Assembly (NCBI GenBank): GCA_040391825.1 | Contig: JBEBXA010000002.1 | Location: 5,097 to 69,096, forward strand | Length of the DNA stretch: 64,000 nucleotides | Reading direction: 5' to 3' | Source of the DNA: Pigmentiphaga sp. | Lineage (GTDB): Bacteria > Pseudomonadota > Gammaproteobacteria > Burkholderiales > Burkholderiaceae_B | Shown here: positions 41,557-52,116 of the stretch, piece by piece | Position numbering within the stretch: position 1 is the stretch's first letter | How the letters are laid out: each line of letters starts with the position of its first letter | The notes under the pieces: model-generated | Seen by the model: only the letters and a program-made list of their open reading frames with translations | The model's database searches: none | What the model was told of the DNA's origin: nothing | Translations under genes and position numbers: made by a program

Positions 41557-43143
41557 ATGCTGCCTTTCGACTGGAAATTCCCCTACCCCTCGCAGAAAAT
41601 GCCTTTGTTAGCCGCCAACGCGGTCAGTACCAGCCAACCGCTGGCGGCCCAGGCCGGCCTGCGCATGCTGTATGAAGGCGGCAATGCCATTGACAGCGCC
41701 CTTGCGACCGCCATTGCCTTAACCGTGGTCGAACCGGTCATGAACGGCATAGGGGGCGACATGTTCGCCATCATCTGGCACGAAGGCAAGCTGCACGGCT
41801 TGAACTCCAGCGGCTGTTCGCCCGCAGCCTGGACACAAGACTATTTCCGTGGGCGCTCGAGCATGCCGCTCACAGGATGGGACACTGTCACCGTTCCTGG
41901 GCAAGTAGCGGGTTGGCGCGCTCTGTCGGAACGCTTTGGCAAACTTCCCTTCGCTCGCCTTTTCGAGCCCGCCATCGAATATGCCCGCAGCGGCTTCCAG
42001 GTCACACCACAAATTGCCCGTTTGTGGGCAGGGCAGGCGCCGAAGCTGGCCCAAGAACCCGGTTTTTCCGAAGCCTTCTACCGTGACCAACGTACCCCAC
42101 AAGCGGGTGAGCGCTGGCGCTTTGCCGAACAAGCCCGCACGCTGCAAAGCATCGCGGAAAGTCACGGCGACAGTTTCTATCGCGGCGAATTGGCGGAAAA
42201 AATCGTGGCCTTCGCCCGTAAAACCGGAGGCGCCCTTACGCTGGAAGACTTAGCGGCCCATCAAGCACTGTGGGTGGAACCCCTGCGGCAAGATTTCCGC
42301 GGCTACACCTTGCACGAAATCCCGCCCAACGGCCAAGGTATCGCCGCGCTGAGTGCGCTGGGCATGCTTGAACATCTGGATCTGGAAGGTATGGGGCTGG
42401 ATAGCCCCGCTGCCTACCACACCATGATAGAAGCCATGAAGCTGGCATTTGCCGACCTGCACGAACACGTATCCGACCCGACCGCCATGCGCCACGAAGC
42501 CGCCGCGCTGCTGGACCCGGCCTACCTGGCCGAGCGTGCCCGTCTCATCAAACCGGATACCGCCAGCCAGGTCGCGGCGGGAGCCCCCAAGCCCGGCGGC
42601 ACGGTTTATCTTGCCACTGCGGACGCCGCCGGCTCCATGGTGTCCTTCATCCAGTCCAACTTCCGCGGCTTCGGCTCAGGCGTGGTCGTCCCCGAAACAG
42701 GCATCGCGCTGCACAATCGCGGCATCAGCTTCAACCTGCAGCCCGACCACGTCAATTGCGTAGGCCCGTCCAAACAACCCATGCACACCATCATTCCCGG
42801 CTTTGTGACGCGCGATGGTCAACCCACCATGGCATTCGGTGTCATGGGTGGATCGATGCAAGCACAAGGTCACGTGCAAATGGTGGTGCGCCTCGCAGCC
42901 TATGGCCAGAACCCCCAGGCCATGAGCGACGCACCGCGCTTTCGGGTCGACGACAACGCCGTCATGCTTGAATCCCACACGCCTGCCGACGTAGTGCAAG
43001 GCCTGCGCGACCGGGGCCATCCAGTAACGGTCGATGCGCCACAAAGCTTGGACTTTGGTTCAGCCCAGCTCATATACCGTAGCGAAGAAGGCTATATCGC
43101 GGCCTCCGATTCGCGCCGCGACGGACAAGCGGTCGGATTCTAA
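41557..43143 (+). CDS. Gamma-glutamyltransferase family protein (YwrD-like)
   Basis: STSQPLAAQAG, GGNAIDSA, PPNGQG, GTVYL (Thr nucleophile), GVMGG. Start moved to ATG 41557. Confidence 0.92.
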   Translation: MLPFDWKFPYPSQKMPLLAANAVSTSQPLAAQAGLRMLYEGGNAIDSALATAIALTVVEPVMNGIGGDMFAIIWHEGKLHGLNSSGCSPAAWTQDYFRGRSSMPLTGWDTVTVPGQVAGWRALSERFGKLPFARLFEPAIEYARSGFQVTPQIARLWAGQAPKLAQEPGFSEAFYRDQRTPQAGERWRFAEQARTLQSIAESHGDSFYRGELAEKIVAFARKTGGALTLEDLAAHQALWVEPLRQDFRGYTLHEIPPNGQGIAALSALGMLEHLDLEGMGLDSPAAYHTMIEAMKLAFADLHEHVSDPTAMRHEAAALLDPAYLAERARLIKPDTASQVAAGAPKPGGTVYLATADAAGSMVSFIQSNFRGFGSGVVVPETGIALHNRGISFNLQPDHVNCVGPSKQPMHTIIPGFVTRDGQPTMAFGVMGGSMQAQGHVQMVVRLAAYGQNPQAMSDAPRFRVDDNAVMLESHTPADVVQGLRDRGHPVTVDAPQSLDFGSAQLIYRSEEGYIAASDSRRDGQAVGF

Positions 43144-43149
43144 ACAGGC

Positions 43150-45372
43150 CTAATCCAAGCGAACAGTTGAAGACACAAGAGCCTGCCCCTCAGGCTGCTC
43201 TTGCTGTTCCTGGTTCAACATCCGGCTGGCCACCTTGCGCAGAGGTGCCAATTGCCGTGCCATCAAAGCCAGCTGCGTCTGCACCAAACGATGCCTATCA
43301 TCCACTTCATCAGGTAAGTTTTCCAGATCCTGGGCCATGGCTTCTTCTTCCAGGTTACGCACAGCAAGCGGAGCTTGAGTCGCCAGGCTAGCTGCAATTT
43401 GCTCCAGGCCTTCCAGCAAACGCGACGTGGTTCTGGCGATCGCCTCATCGCTCGCGTCATCCGGCAAACTTTCCCGATGTGCCCCTAGCGCCGATAAATA
43501 ATTCAGCAAAGTGTGCGACAACACCAAGAAGCGCAGGCCCACATCCGCATCACGGCGAAAATGCCCCGGTTCCGACAAGATATTGGACATGGCCATCGAA
43601 AATGCCGCGTCGGCATTATGCGCATTGCGGCGCGCCAAACGATAAGCCAGATCATCGCGCTTGCCGGTTTCATACTGGATCATGATTTCACGCAAATAGC
43701 GACGGTTCGCATCCAAGGCCTGTGCCGCGATCTGATTCAACCTGCGCCCCTGCCAGTCGGGCAAAACCACCAACACCGCCAAACCCGCGATTGCGCTGCC
43801 TAGCAAGGTATCGACAAAGCGCGGCACGAACAAATCATAGCCATTGCCGATCTGGTTAAAGCACAACAGCACCACTAGCGTAATGGCGGCGGTGCTCAAC
43901 ATATACCGCGTGGAACGCGTAGCAAAAAACATTACCCCCGCCGCCACCGCAAACAGCGACTGCAGCAAGGCACTGGAAAACAGTCGGAACAACATCCACC
44001 CCAGCACCAGCCCCAATATCGTCCCCAAGACACGCTGCACCATACGGGTACGCGTTGCGCCGTAGGTCGATGAGCAAACAAACAACGTAGTCAGGATGAT
44101 CCAATACCCTTGCTTGGGATGGATAAGGTGCAACATCCCATAGCCCGCTGCCAAGGCCAGCGACAAACGCAAGGCATGTCGGAACAGAGGCGCTGACGGA
44201 GTCAACTGCAAGCGAACCCGATCGAAAGCGTCGCCCAAAGACTGTGGCGAGCGGTCGAACAAGCTGGTGTCTTGCTGTTCGTCAGGTTTATCGGGTTTGC
44301 TTGCACTGCCCAGGCGTCGATCCAGCTCGCTCAGATTGCCCGATAAAGCACGCAATGAACGCAGCAAACGGTGCCACAAAGGATTGTTTTGCGCGCTTAT
44401 ATAGGCCAGCGATGCCTCCAGATCGGCCTTGGCCTGCTGGCTTTCATCCCCCATATCGAACGACTGGCGCATCTGCACCGCCGTGGCCAGCCGCCAACAA
44501 GCGTCCGCTTCCAGCTGCAGCAAACGTTGGCAACGAAACATCACGTCACTATGAAAAAACGCATCCGCCAATTCGTTATACGGGTAGTGCGAAGAACTGG
44601 CTCGTTCATGCACATCTTGCGCAATAAAATACAGCCGCAGATAACTGCTGGTTTTACGACCCGGCCGGCTCTGCCCCACCCTGCTGAAAATGCTTTCCTT
44701 GGCAGCGTTCAGCGCTGCCACTACCTTGCCGTTGAACTGAGCCAATTCCAAGCGGCGGGCCTCGACATCTACCCCGCGCACCGGTTCGAACAGGGCAGAC
44801 TTCAGCTTCAGATAGTCACCCAACAAGACATAAAGCCTTGCAAGCCTTTGCTGCACCGGCTGATGCACAAACAAGGCCGCCCATAAGACCGACAACACCC
44901 CATACCAGCTTGCGCCCAACATCAACAGGGCCGGCTCTTTCCAGAAACTGCCAGTCTCCGTTGCCTGCTCTACACCGATGGTGGTGTAGATAGCCAGAAT
45001 CAGCGTCGCATAACCAATGGCGCGGTAGCGTTCGCCTATCGCACCCAACATGGTCAGCCAGAAAGCGCTTGCAGTCAGGCCGGCCGCGAATATCCACGGA
45101 TGGCCGACCGCAGCCTTTACCGCGACTGCGGTCAGGGCGAAACAAAGCAAGGTGATCACCTGCGCAAGCAAGCGTCCACGCCAACTGTCATCAGTTTCCG
45201 CCAAAGCGCAGGCGATCACACCCAGGAAAAGCGGGATGACCGATTCCATGCGGTCATTGACCCAGCACAGCACCATGACGCTGGACAGAGCAATGAATAC
45301 GCGCAGGCTGTAAACGAAAGTGTCGTGTGCCCACAGACGGCGCAGGGTGGTTAGCAGGGAGGCTAAACGCAT
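43150..45372 (-). CDS. yccS: YccS/YhfK (FUSC-like) putative transporter
   Basis: N-terminal TM block (PLFLGVIACALAETDD), helical middle, FRHALRL..GYWIILTTLFVC, RRNAHNADA. Confidence 0.88.
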   Translation of the reverse strand: MRLASLLTTLRRLWAHDTFVYSLRVFIALSSVMVLCWVNDRMESVIPLFLGVIACALAETDDSWRGRLLAQVITLLCFALTAVAVKAAVGHPWIFAAGLTASAFWLTMLGAIGERYRAIGYATLILAIYTTIGVEQATETGSFWKEPALLMLGASWYGVLSVLWAALFVHQPVQQRLARLYVLLGDYLKLKSALFEPVRGVDVEARRLELAQFNGKVVAALNAAKESIFSRVGQSRPGRKTSSYLRLYFIAQDVHERASSSHYPYNELADAFFHSDVMFRCQRLLQLEADACWRLATAVQMRQSFDMGDESQQAKADLEASLAYISAQNNPLWHRLLRSLRALSGNLSELDRRLGSASKPDKPDEQQDTSLFDRSPQSLGDAFDRVRLQLTPSAPLFRHALRLSLALAAGYGMLHLIHPKQGYWIILTTLFVCSSTYGATRTRMVQRVLGTILGLVLGWMLFRLFSSALLQSLFAVAAGVMFFATRSTRYMLSTAAITLVVLLCFNQIGNGYDLFVPRFVDTLLGSAIAGLAVLVVLPDWQGRRLNQIAAQALDANRRYLREIMIQYETGKRDDLAYRLARRNAHNADAAFSMAMSNILSEPGHFRRDADVGLRFLVLSHTLLNYLSALGAHRESLPDDASDEAIARTTSRLLEGLEQIAASLATQAPLAVRNLEEEAMAQDLENLPDEVDDRHRLVQTQLALMARQLAPLRKVASRMLNQEQQEQPEGQALVSSTVRLD

Positions 45373-45594
45373 GATTGAGTCAAAAATTGGCTAGGCGTAA
45401 CTATCGCATGCCCGAGCACTGCCGTATACGCGACAGACAAATCATGCTTTCGTCGTACGAGCCAACAACCCTACTACTTCATTTTCCGATATACCCACGA
45501 ACCAGATAACGCCAGAAATGACAGGCGAAGCGTGGTTCGGCATGTCCGCATCAGCAAAAATTCTGGCTGCTGTTGTCGAAAAGCTGAAAGCTCA

Positions 45595-46635
45595 TTACCC
45601 ACCATAGCCATCCGGATTGTTGAACTGCCAGTTCCAACCATCACGGCACATGTCCTCAATATTCCGTTGTGCGATCCAACCCAATAGCGCACGAGCCTCT
45701 GAAGGATCTGCCCAGGCCTGCGCAATATCCCCGGGCCGCCGGCTTTGCATCGAGTACGAAATAGTTTTACCTGAAACACGCTCGAAAGCTCGCATCAACT
45801 CCAGCACACTCGTCCCTTTACCCGTGCCGAGATTGATCGCCGTGAACCCCTGGGCTGAGTCTTGAGCATACTCAACCGCCTTGACGTGCCCCAGTGCTAG
45901 GTCCGACACGTGCAGATAGTCCCGCACCCCCGTGCCATCGACCGTGTCGTAGTCATTGCCGAATACATTCAGGTGCTCAAGCTTGCCAACAGCGACCTGC
46001 GTAATATAAGGAAAAAGATTATTGGGCCGGCCTTGCGGCGCTTCGCCTATACGGCCGCTCTCATGAGCTCCGATGGGATTGAAGTAGCGAAGCGCAATAG
46101 CCGTGTGCGACTTGTCAGCCGCACACCAATCTTGAAGTACCTGTTCGACCATGGCTTTCGTCCAGCCATAGGGGTTGGTGGGGGCAATTCGATGGTCTTC
46201 CCTGTAAGGTAAAGACAAGGGCTCTCCGTACACCGTAGCAGATGAGCTGAACACCAGAGTATTGACTGCGGCTCTATCCATGGCCTGCAAGAGCGTAAGT
46301 GTGCCGGCTACATTGTTCTGGTAATAGGCCAGGGGCTGTTCAACCGATTCGCCGACCGCCTTCAGCGCTGCAAAATGCACGACGGCGCTCACCGGTGCCC
46401 CGCTTTCCCTGCATCGCGCAAAAAGTTGATCAAGCAGTACCGCATCACGGACATCGCCGTGAACGAAATCGACACTGGCACCTGTGAGTTCCTCTACCCT
46501 GCGCAGCACCTCTAAAGAGCTATTGCTAAGATTATCAAGCACCACCGCACGATAGCCGGCCCTGGCCAGCTCAACCAAGGTGTGCGAACCGATGTAGCCA
46601 GCACCGCCAGTGATAAGTAGTGATGTCATCGCCAT
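45595..46635 (-). CDS. galE: UDP-glucose 4-epimerase
   Basis: TGGAGYIGSHT, HFAALKAVGES, FSSSATVYG, YGWTK (YxxxK), LRYFNPIGAH. Confidence 0.96.
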   Translation of the reverse strand: MAMTSLLITGGAGYIGSHTLVELARAGYRAVVLDNLSNSSLEVLRRVEELTGASVDFVHGDVRDAVLLDQLFARCRESGAPVSAVVHFAALKAVGESVEQPLAYYQNNVAGTLTLLQAMDRAAVNTLVFSSSATVYGEPLSLPYREDHRIAPTNPYGWTKAMVEQVLQDWCAADKSHTAIALRYFNPIGAHESGRIGEAPQGRPNNLFPYITQVAVGKLEHLNVFGNDYDTVDGTGVRDYLHVSDLALGHVKAVEYAQDSAQGFTAINLGTGKGTSVLELMRAFERVSGKTISYSMQSRRPGDIAQAWADPSEARALLGWIAQRNIEDMCRDGWNWQFNNPDGYGG

Positions 46636-47182
46636 CAGTTCATGCCCAAGAGAGTTAATAAGCGCGCCGCTTGCTTTCCATTATCCATGCAGGGGTTTTT
46701 GTGGCTGCCAGCCTCCCGATCAGCTCGCCGAACAAGCAGGCCAACTCCCCTGCCCAAGCCGCATTCTAGCCTACCCAAATCCACCATTCTGGGCAGAAAA
46801 AGTCATAGCCTCGGCCAAGCCATCCACATAGAAAAAGCTGCAGAAGCGTCGAAACCTACAGGGGGACTCCACCGCCAGCCCCTCCGCAACCCCCGTTTAC
46901 CCGCGTCGCGCACGCTTGGCGGCAGGTGCCCTCAACTCCCGCCATGCGATAATGGTCCGTGCTCATGCCAGATAGGCAGGTTTGCGCCCAGCTGTCTCGT
47001 TCCTGCAAGGCCCCTGCCTGGCACGAAAATCCGCCACCGGCGTGGATGAATCGATTTCACCGCATCGACTGGTAAATCTCAGCCTTACTTAAGCCACGGC
47101 AAGACTCGCGCGGCAGGATGTAACACCCGGACGCTCGCCTGCGTTCCCGGTAGACCACCTCACAATCCAACTCCTTGAAACC

Positions 47183-47977
47183 ATGAAACAGTACCTTGAA
47201 CTTATTGAGCGAGTTCTCAAAGACGGCACAGACCGGTCAGACCGGACCGGCGTCGGTACAAAGGCGGTATTTGGCCACCAAATGCGCTTTGACCTGTCGC
47301 AGGGGTTTCCCGTCGTCACCACGAAAAAGCTGCATCTTCGGTCCATTGTTGTCGAGCTCTTGTGGTTTTTGCGTGGCGACACCAATATCAAATGGCTCAA
47401 GGAAAACAAGGTCTCGATTTGGGATGAGTGGGCGGATGAGAACGGCGACCTTGGCCCGGTCTATGGCAAACAATGGCGCGATTGGGTCGCCGCCGATGGC
47501 CGCCACATCGACCAGATTGCCGAGCTGATCGCGCTGATCAAACGTGACCCGAATTCACGACGGCAAATCGTGAATGCTTGGAACGTGGGTGATTTGCCCG
47601 ATATGAAGCTGTCTCCCTGCCATTGCCTGTTCCAGACGGCGGTGATGGATGGCAAACTGCACCTGCAGCTTTATCAGCGATCTTGCGACGTGTTTCTGGG
47701 CGTGCCTTTCAATATCGCCAGCTATGCGCTGCTTCAACATCTGATCGCGCATCAGTGCGATCTTGAAGTCGGCGATTTCGTCTGGACGGGTGGCGACGTC
47801 CATCTTTACTCCAACCATCTGGACCAGGCACGCTTGCAACTGACACGCACGCCGTATCCTTTGCCCAAGCTGCGCATCAAGCAAAAGCGGGCTTCCATCG
47901 ATCTGTACGAATTCGACGATTTCGAGCTCGTGGGCTACGAAGCTCATCCGCACATCAAGGGAGAGGTGGCCGTTTAA
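47183..47977 (+). CDS. thyA: Thymidylate synthase
   Basis: DRTGVGT, TTKKLH, GPVYG, PCH catalytic Cys, [18 protein letters not shown]. Confidence 0.97.
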   Translation: MKQYLELIERVLKDGTDRSDRTGVGTKAVFGHQMRFDLSQGFPVVTTKKLHLRSIVVELLWFLRGDTNIKWLKENKVSIWDEWADENGDLGPVYGKQWRDWVAADGRHIDQIAELIALIKRDPNSRRQIVNAWNVGDLPDMKLSPCHCLFQTAVMDGKLHLQLYQRSCDVFLGVPFNIASYALLQHLIAHQCDLEVGDFVWTGGDVHLYSNHLDQARLQLTRTPYPLPKLRIKQKRASIDLYEFDDFELVGYEAHPHIKGEVAV

Positions 47978-48028
47978 GACTGGCCGATCCTATTTCCGCA
48001 TCGGAACTTTCCGACGCAGGCCGTTAGC

Positions 48029-48054
48029 AAGGGACTCCAAACGGAGTCCCTTTT
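48029..48054. terminator. Terminator after thyA
   Basis: AAGGGACTCC-aaac-GGAGTCCCTT followed by TT. Confidence 0.8.
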
Positions 48055-49058
48055 CAATAAACACCGGAGCTATCCGAGTCTGGGGCCAGCGCTATTCCAC
48101 CCATATTTTCCTCCAGGCGTTTACGCGCCGCCTTGGCATATTGCGTTGGGGTCAGCCCCGCCCATTTGGCAAATGCGCGGGCGAGCACTTTGTCTGACGC
48201 ATACCCCACTTGATCAGCAATGCGCGACAGCGGGAGGTTTTCGGTTTCAAGCAGGGTCGCCGCCAAGGTCATACGATGTGCAGTCAGATAATTGATCGGC
48301 GAATCATCCACGTAATCGCGAAACCGCTCACTAAAGCTGCTACGCGACATTCCTACCTCTTTGGCCAGCGATTCAATGCTCCATGTCTTGCACGGATAGC
48401 GATGGATGAGCATGATGGCGCGAGCAATGTTCGGATCGGTAAGGCCCCGTAGCCAACTGGCCTTAATGGCAGGGTGACTTGCCATGTATCCACGCAGAAT
48501 GTTCACCAGCAATAAGTCCGTCATCCGTCTGGCGGATAGCTTCCACCCTGGGCGCTGTTCAAGTGTTTCGTCGACCAGGGCATGCATCATCAGCGACAAA
48601 GTACTGGTAGCGGGAAGATCCGCCACCTTGACGTGAATCAGGCTGGGTAAGACCTTGATGACCGTGCTGCGGCTAAAGGCCGACAGCCACAAGTGCGCGG
48701 TGAAAAGCTCGATAGAACGCCCGGCCCCGCCGGCTTGCATCACAATGGGGGCATCCCCGTGGGCGCCCACGGTGTGGCGGGCAAGCAAGGGAGCAATAGG
48801 CTCTGGGATCAAACCTGGCGCGGAAGAGATCGAATGCCGTGTGCCATGAGGCAGCATAATCAGATCCAGCGGCGCGACCTCGACCGGCTTCAAACCTCCT
48901 TCCTCTATCCAGTACCCGCCCCCTACCGACATCCGGATAAGTGCGCCCTCGGTGCCCGCTGATGAGTACGCGAAGGGCGAACCCAGGACGAATCTGGCGG
49001 TGACTGCCTGATCCGCTTTGCAATTTGCCAATACTTCGCTAAGAACGTCCACGCGCAT
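48054..49058 (-). CDS. AraC-family regulator with Cupin_6 N-terminal domain
   Basis: DVLSEVL start; GLTDPNIARAIMLIH..WSIESLAKEVGMSRSSFSERF; VGYASD. Start moved to ATG 49058. Confidence 0.9.
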   Translation of the reverse strand: MRVDVLSEVLANCKADQAVTARFVLGSPFAYSSAGTEGALIRMSVGGGYWIEEGGLKPVEVAPLDLIMLPHGTRHSISSAPGLIPEPIAPLLARHTVGAHGDAPIVMQAGGAGRSIELFTAHLWLSAFSRSTVIKVLPSLIHVKVADLPATSTLSLMMHALVDETLEQRPGWKLSARRMTDLLLVNILRGYMASHPAIKASWLRGLTDPNIARAIMLIHRYPCKTWSIESLAKEVGMSRSSFSERFRDYVDDSPINYLTAHRMTLAATLLETENLPLSRIADQVGYASDKVLARAFAKWAGLTPTQYAKAARKRLEENMGGIALAPDSDSSGVY

Positions 49059-49230
49059 CCCCTTTGTGTGCATGGTAGCGAAACTGCGGCTTCGCGCAAC
49101 TTGCGGCGATGTCGGACGAATAGCGGTAAATCTTGGTTGACCAGGGGTTGAGGCCATATCGGCAATCGCCAACAATGCGAATCACCGCCGGACGACACAT
49201 CGGCTTTGTACAAGAAGCAGGCATCAATTC

Positions 49231-50400
49231 ATGAAAAACAATCTTGCAAACGGGGTCACCATCGTGGGCGCCGGTATCGCCGGATCCGCCTTGGCAGTTG
49301 CGCTCGCGTCCCGCGGCGTCGACGTCACGGTCATAGAAAAACAGAGCGAGTGGAAATTTCAAAGCTCGGGAATTTTCATATACAGCAACGGCCTGGTCGC
49401 TCTCTCCAAGGTAGGCGTGCTGCCGGCCATCTTGCAAGCGGGGTTTGTTGTAGCCGACGGCAAGAACATATACCTGGATCAAGACGGTGAACCGATTGTG
49501 GACGTGTTCTATCCTTCCGCGGAAAATGGCGCCGTACCTCCGGTCATCGGCATCAAACGAGCCGAGATGCATCGTGTACTGGCAAAAAAAATGCAGGATC
49601 TGGGCGTCCAGGTCAAACTGGGCACGACCGTTGAATCTTTTGAAGACCGGACGAACGAGGGGCCGGTGTTAGTGCGCTGCTCAGATGGGTCCACCATTAG
49701 CTGTGACTTGCTTGTCGGAGCGGACGGGGTCCGGTCGGACATTCGTACCCAGTGCTTCGGCCCGATTATCCCCACCTATACCGGATTCGGGGTATGGCGC
49801 AGTATTCATCGGCGCCCACCGGAACTGATTGCCAAACTGTTAATGATGGGAGTGGGCAAGCGGCTGGGTGCGATGCCGATTTCCCAAGATACCCTATACG
49901 TGTACGCAACCAGTAATGAGCCGGGTCGGCCCTGGTACGAACCCACTCAATGGCACGCCTTGATGCGCGAGAAGTTCGACGAGTTCCAAGGACCTGCGCG
50001 GCAATTCCTGGATGAACTCTCCCCTGCGACCGAAACCCTGTATACCTCGGTGGAAGAGGTCCATTTGCCTTTGCCCTGGCACAAAGGGCGCGTGCAACTT
50101 ATCGGCGATGCTGCGCATGCGTCTACCCCCTTCATGGGCCAAGGCGGGGCCATGGCTCTTGAAGATGCGGTCGTACTTGCCGAGATGCTGTTCGAAGACG
50201 CTGACATCAAGACCATCCTGGCCCGCTTCGGTAAACGCCGCTATCCCCGCTGTTCTTTCGTGCAAGATGTATCGCGTAAAGTTGGCGAGGCGGGCGGCCT
50301 GGAAAACGATGCAAGCTGCATCGTGCGCAATCAAAGTATGCGTGAAAACGCTCAAGCTGATGTCGACCGCTTTTATCGCATGATGCTGGCCGATTTTTGA
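49231..50400 (+). CDS. Group A FAD-dependent monooxygenase
   Basis: GAGIAG, GADGVRS, IGDAAHASTPFMGQGGAMALED. Confidence 0.9.
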   Translation: MKNNLANGVTIVGAGIAGSALAVALASRGVDVTVIEKQSEWKFQSSGIFIYSNGLVALSKVGVLPAILQAGFVVADGKNIYLDQDGEPIVDVFYPSAENGAVPPVIGIKRAEMHRVLAKKMQDLGVQVKLGTTVESFEDRTNEGPVLVRCSDGSTISCDLLVGADGVRSDIRTQCFGPIIPTYTGFGVWRSIHRRPPELIAKLLMMGVGKRLGAMPISQDTLYVYATSNEPGRPWYEPTQWHALMREKFDEFQGPARQFLDELSPATETLYTSVEEVHLPLPWHKGRVQLIGDAAHASTPFMGQGGAMALEDAVVLAEMLFEDADIKTILARFGKRRYPRCSFVQDVSRKVGEAGGLENDASCIVRNQSMRENAQADVDRFYRMMLADF

Positions 50401-50470
50401 TCGCTTATATAGGCCGCGCTTAGAGAGTTGCCGTCTATCGCACCAGTTGTGGCGGCAGTGTAAATACACA

Positions 50471-50512
50471 AAAAATACCCCCAACCCACGCGATGCGCTT
50501 GGGTTGGGGGTA
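50471..50512 (-). terminator. Terminator for the dienelactone hydrolase gene
   Basis: TACCCCCAACCCA / TGGGTTGGGGGTA stem preceded by an A-run. Confidence 0.75.
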
Positions 50513-50572
50513 CGGCCGGCTACCTAACCCAGATCAGCATTTCTGGTGGTCTGAGCTTAGGCAATAGCCGAT

Positions 50573-51241
50573 TTATCCCACGTGTTTGTGCAGGAATTCA
50601 AGGGTACGCGACCAAGCCAACTCGGCGCTGGCCGGATGGAAAGAGCCGCGTGCGCTGCAACTGAAGCCGTGACCTGCCGGGTAAATATGTACCGGCACGT
50701 CGGGCTGAGCGGCCCGGACCTTCTCCACTTCGCTCAAGGGAATGGAGTGGTCGGTCTCGCCGAAGTGAGCCATGGTGGGCACACGGGGACGCTCGTTCGC
50801 CAAGCCCGGAATGCCAGCGCCATAGTAGGGCACCGATGCCGAGAAACCATCCAGGCGCGACGCGGCGGCCCAGGCGATCGTGCCGCCCCAGCAATATCCG
50901 ATAATCGCGACATGCCCGGCTTCGCTAGCCACAGCGGCAGCGGCGGCCACGTCCTTCAACGCATTATCGAGCGAGGCCTGCTGCATGAAGACACGGCCCT
51001 TGGCGATATCGTCGGGCGTGTAGCCCAGCTCTACATTTGGTTCGACCCGGTCGAACAGCGCCGGAGCGATGGCCAGGTAGCCTTCTTCTGCATACCGGTC
51101 GCATACGCTGCGAATGTGCTCGTTGACGCCAAATATTTCCTGGCAAATGACGATGCCGCCGCGGGGCTTGCCGGCGGGATCTGCGCGATAGGCTGAGAGG
51201 CGTGTGCCGTCTGATGCGGTCAATTCGATCTGAGTACCCAT
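50573..51241 (-). CDS. Dienelactone hydrolase family protein
   Basis: QEIFGVN, GYCWGG nucleophile elbow, HFGETD, AGHGF. Start moved to ATG 51241. Confidence 0.92.
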   Translation of the reverse strand: MGTQIELTASDGTRLSAYRADPAGKPRGGIVICQEIFGVNEHIRSVCDRYAEEGYLAIAPALFDRVEPNVELGYTPDDIAKGRVFMQQASLDNALKDVAAAAAVASEAGHVAIIGYCWGGTIAWAAASRLDGFSASVPYYGAGIPGLANERPRVPTMAHFGETDHSIPLSEVEKVRAAQPDVPVHIYPAGHGFSCSARGSFHPASAELAWSRTLEFLHKHVG

Positions 51242-51543
51242 GATTCCTTTGGTATATCCGTAACCACTATGGAAAAGCTCCCGGCGCTGTGGATTGCCAC
51301 CAGGCCCTGTCCTTGTTTTATCAGAAATCGGGTGAACCGGCACCCCTTCCTGCCAACCAGGCCATTGCCCTGCAGCACAGCGGTCTCGCCCTAGAGTGTC
51401 CGACCATTTCTCCGCTGTGTCCAGCGCATGCGCCACCCACCATGCTCTTCGCAAACGCTGAGCGACCGGCAAGCGGTGGGCCGCTGACATGCCTTCATGC
51501 TAGATTGATGACCTCATTTGTTTCGCTCGCACTCCTACGCACC

Positions 51544-52032
51544 ATGGCCGTCCCGCTTACCTTGATCGTCGCTTATTCCCGCAACCGCGCCATTGGCCGC
51601 GACAACACCCTGCCGTGGCGCCTGCCCGGCGATCTGGCGCACTTCAAGCGCACTACCTTAGGCCAGCCCATTATCATGGGCCGCAAAACCTGGGAATCGC
51701 TGGGACGCCCTTTGCCGGGACGCACCAATATCGTCATCACCCGCAACCAGAACTATGCCGCCCAGGGTGCAGTCGTCGTGAACACCCTGGATCAAGCCGT
51801 AGCGGCATGTGGCGATGCCGCGCGGGCTTACATCATTGGCGGGGCACAAATCTACACAAGCGCGCTCAAACACGCCGACGAGATTATTGCCACGGAAATC
51901 CATGCCGAGGTGGATGGCGATGCCCACTTCCCTGATTTGCCTCCCCAGCAGTGGGAAGAAACCGAGCGTGCCTCTCAAGCAGAGGAAAACGGTTTGACCT
52001 ACGACTTCGTGACCTATCGCCGTCGCCCATAG
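51544..52032 (+). CDS. folA: Dihydrofolate reductase
   Basis: IVAYSRNRAIG, LPWRLPGDLAHFKRTT, IMGRKTWES, RPLPGR, IIGGAQIY, DGDAHFP. Confidence 0.95.
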   Translation: MAVPLTLIVAYSRNRAIGRDNTLPWRLPGDLAHFKRTTLGQPIIMGRKTWESLGRPLPGRTNIVITRNQNYAAQGAVVVNTLDQAVAACGDAARAYIIGGAQIYTSALKHADEIIATEIHAEVDGDAHFPDLPPQQWEETERASQAEENGLTYDFVTYRRRP

Positions 52033-52116
52033 CCAACTGCCTATGACGTCATAGTCAGTTGGTAGCTTGCTCAAGCCGGCTAAAGCCCGTCAAATCTTCA
52101 TACGAAAAAAATATCG

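Noticed and set aside
46642-47049. 135-aa ORF or possible ncRNA in the long galE-thyA intergenic region
   Set aside because: Pro/Arg/Ser-rich non-protein-like translation, no RBS, and no riboswitch or ncRNA consensus I could recognise. An Rfam/Infernal scan would be needed to exclude an RNA.
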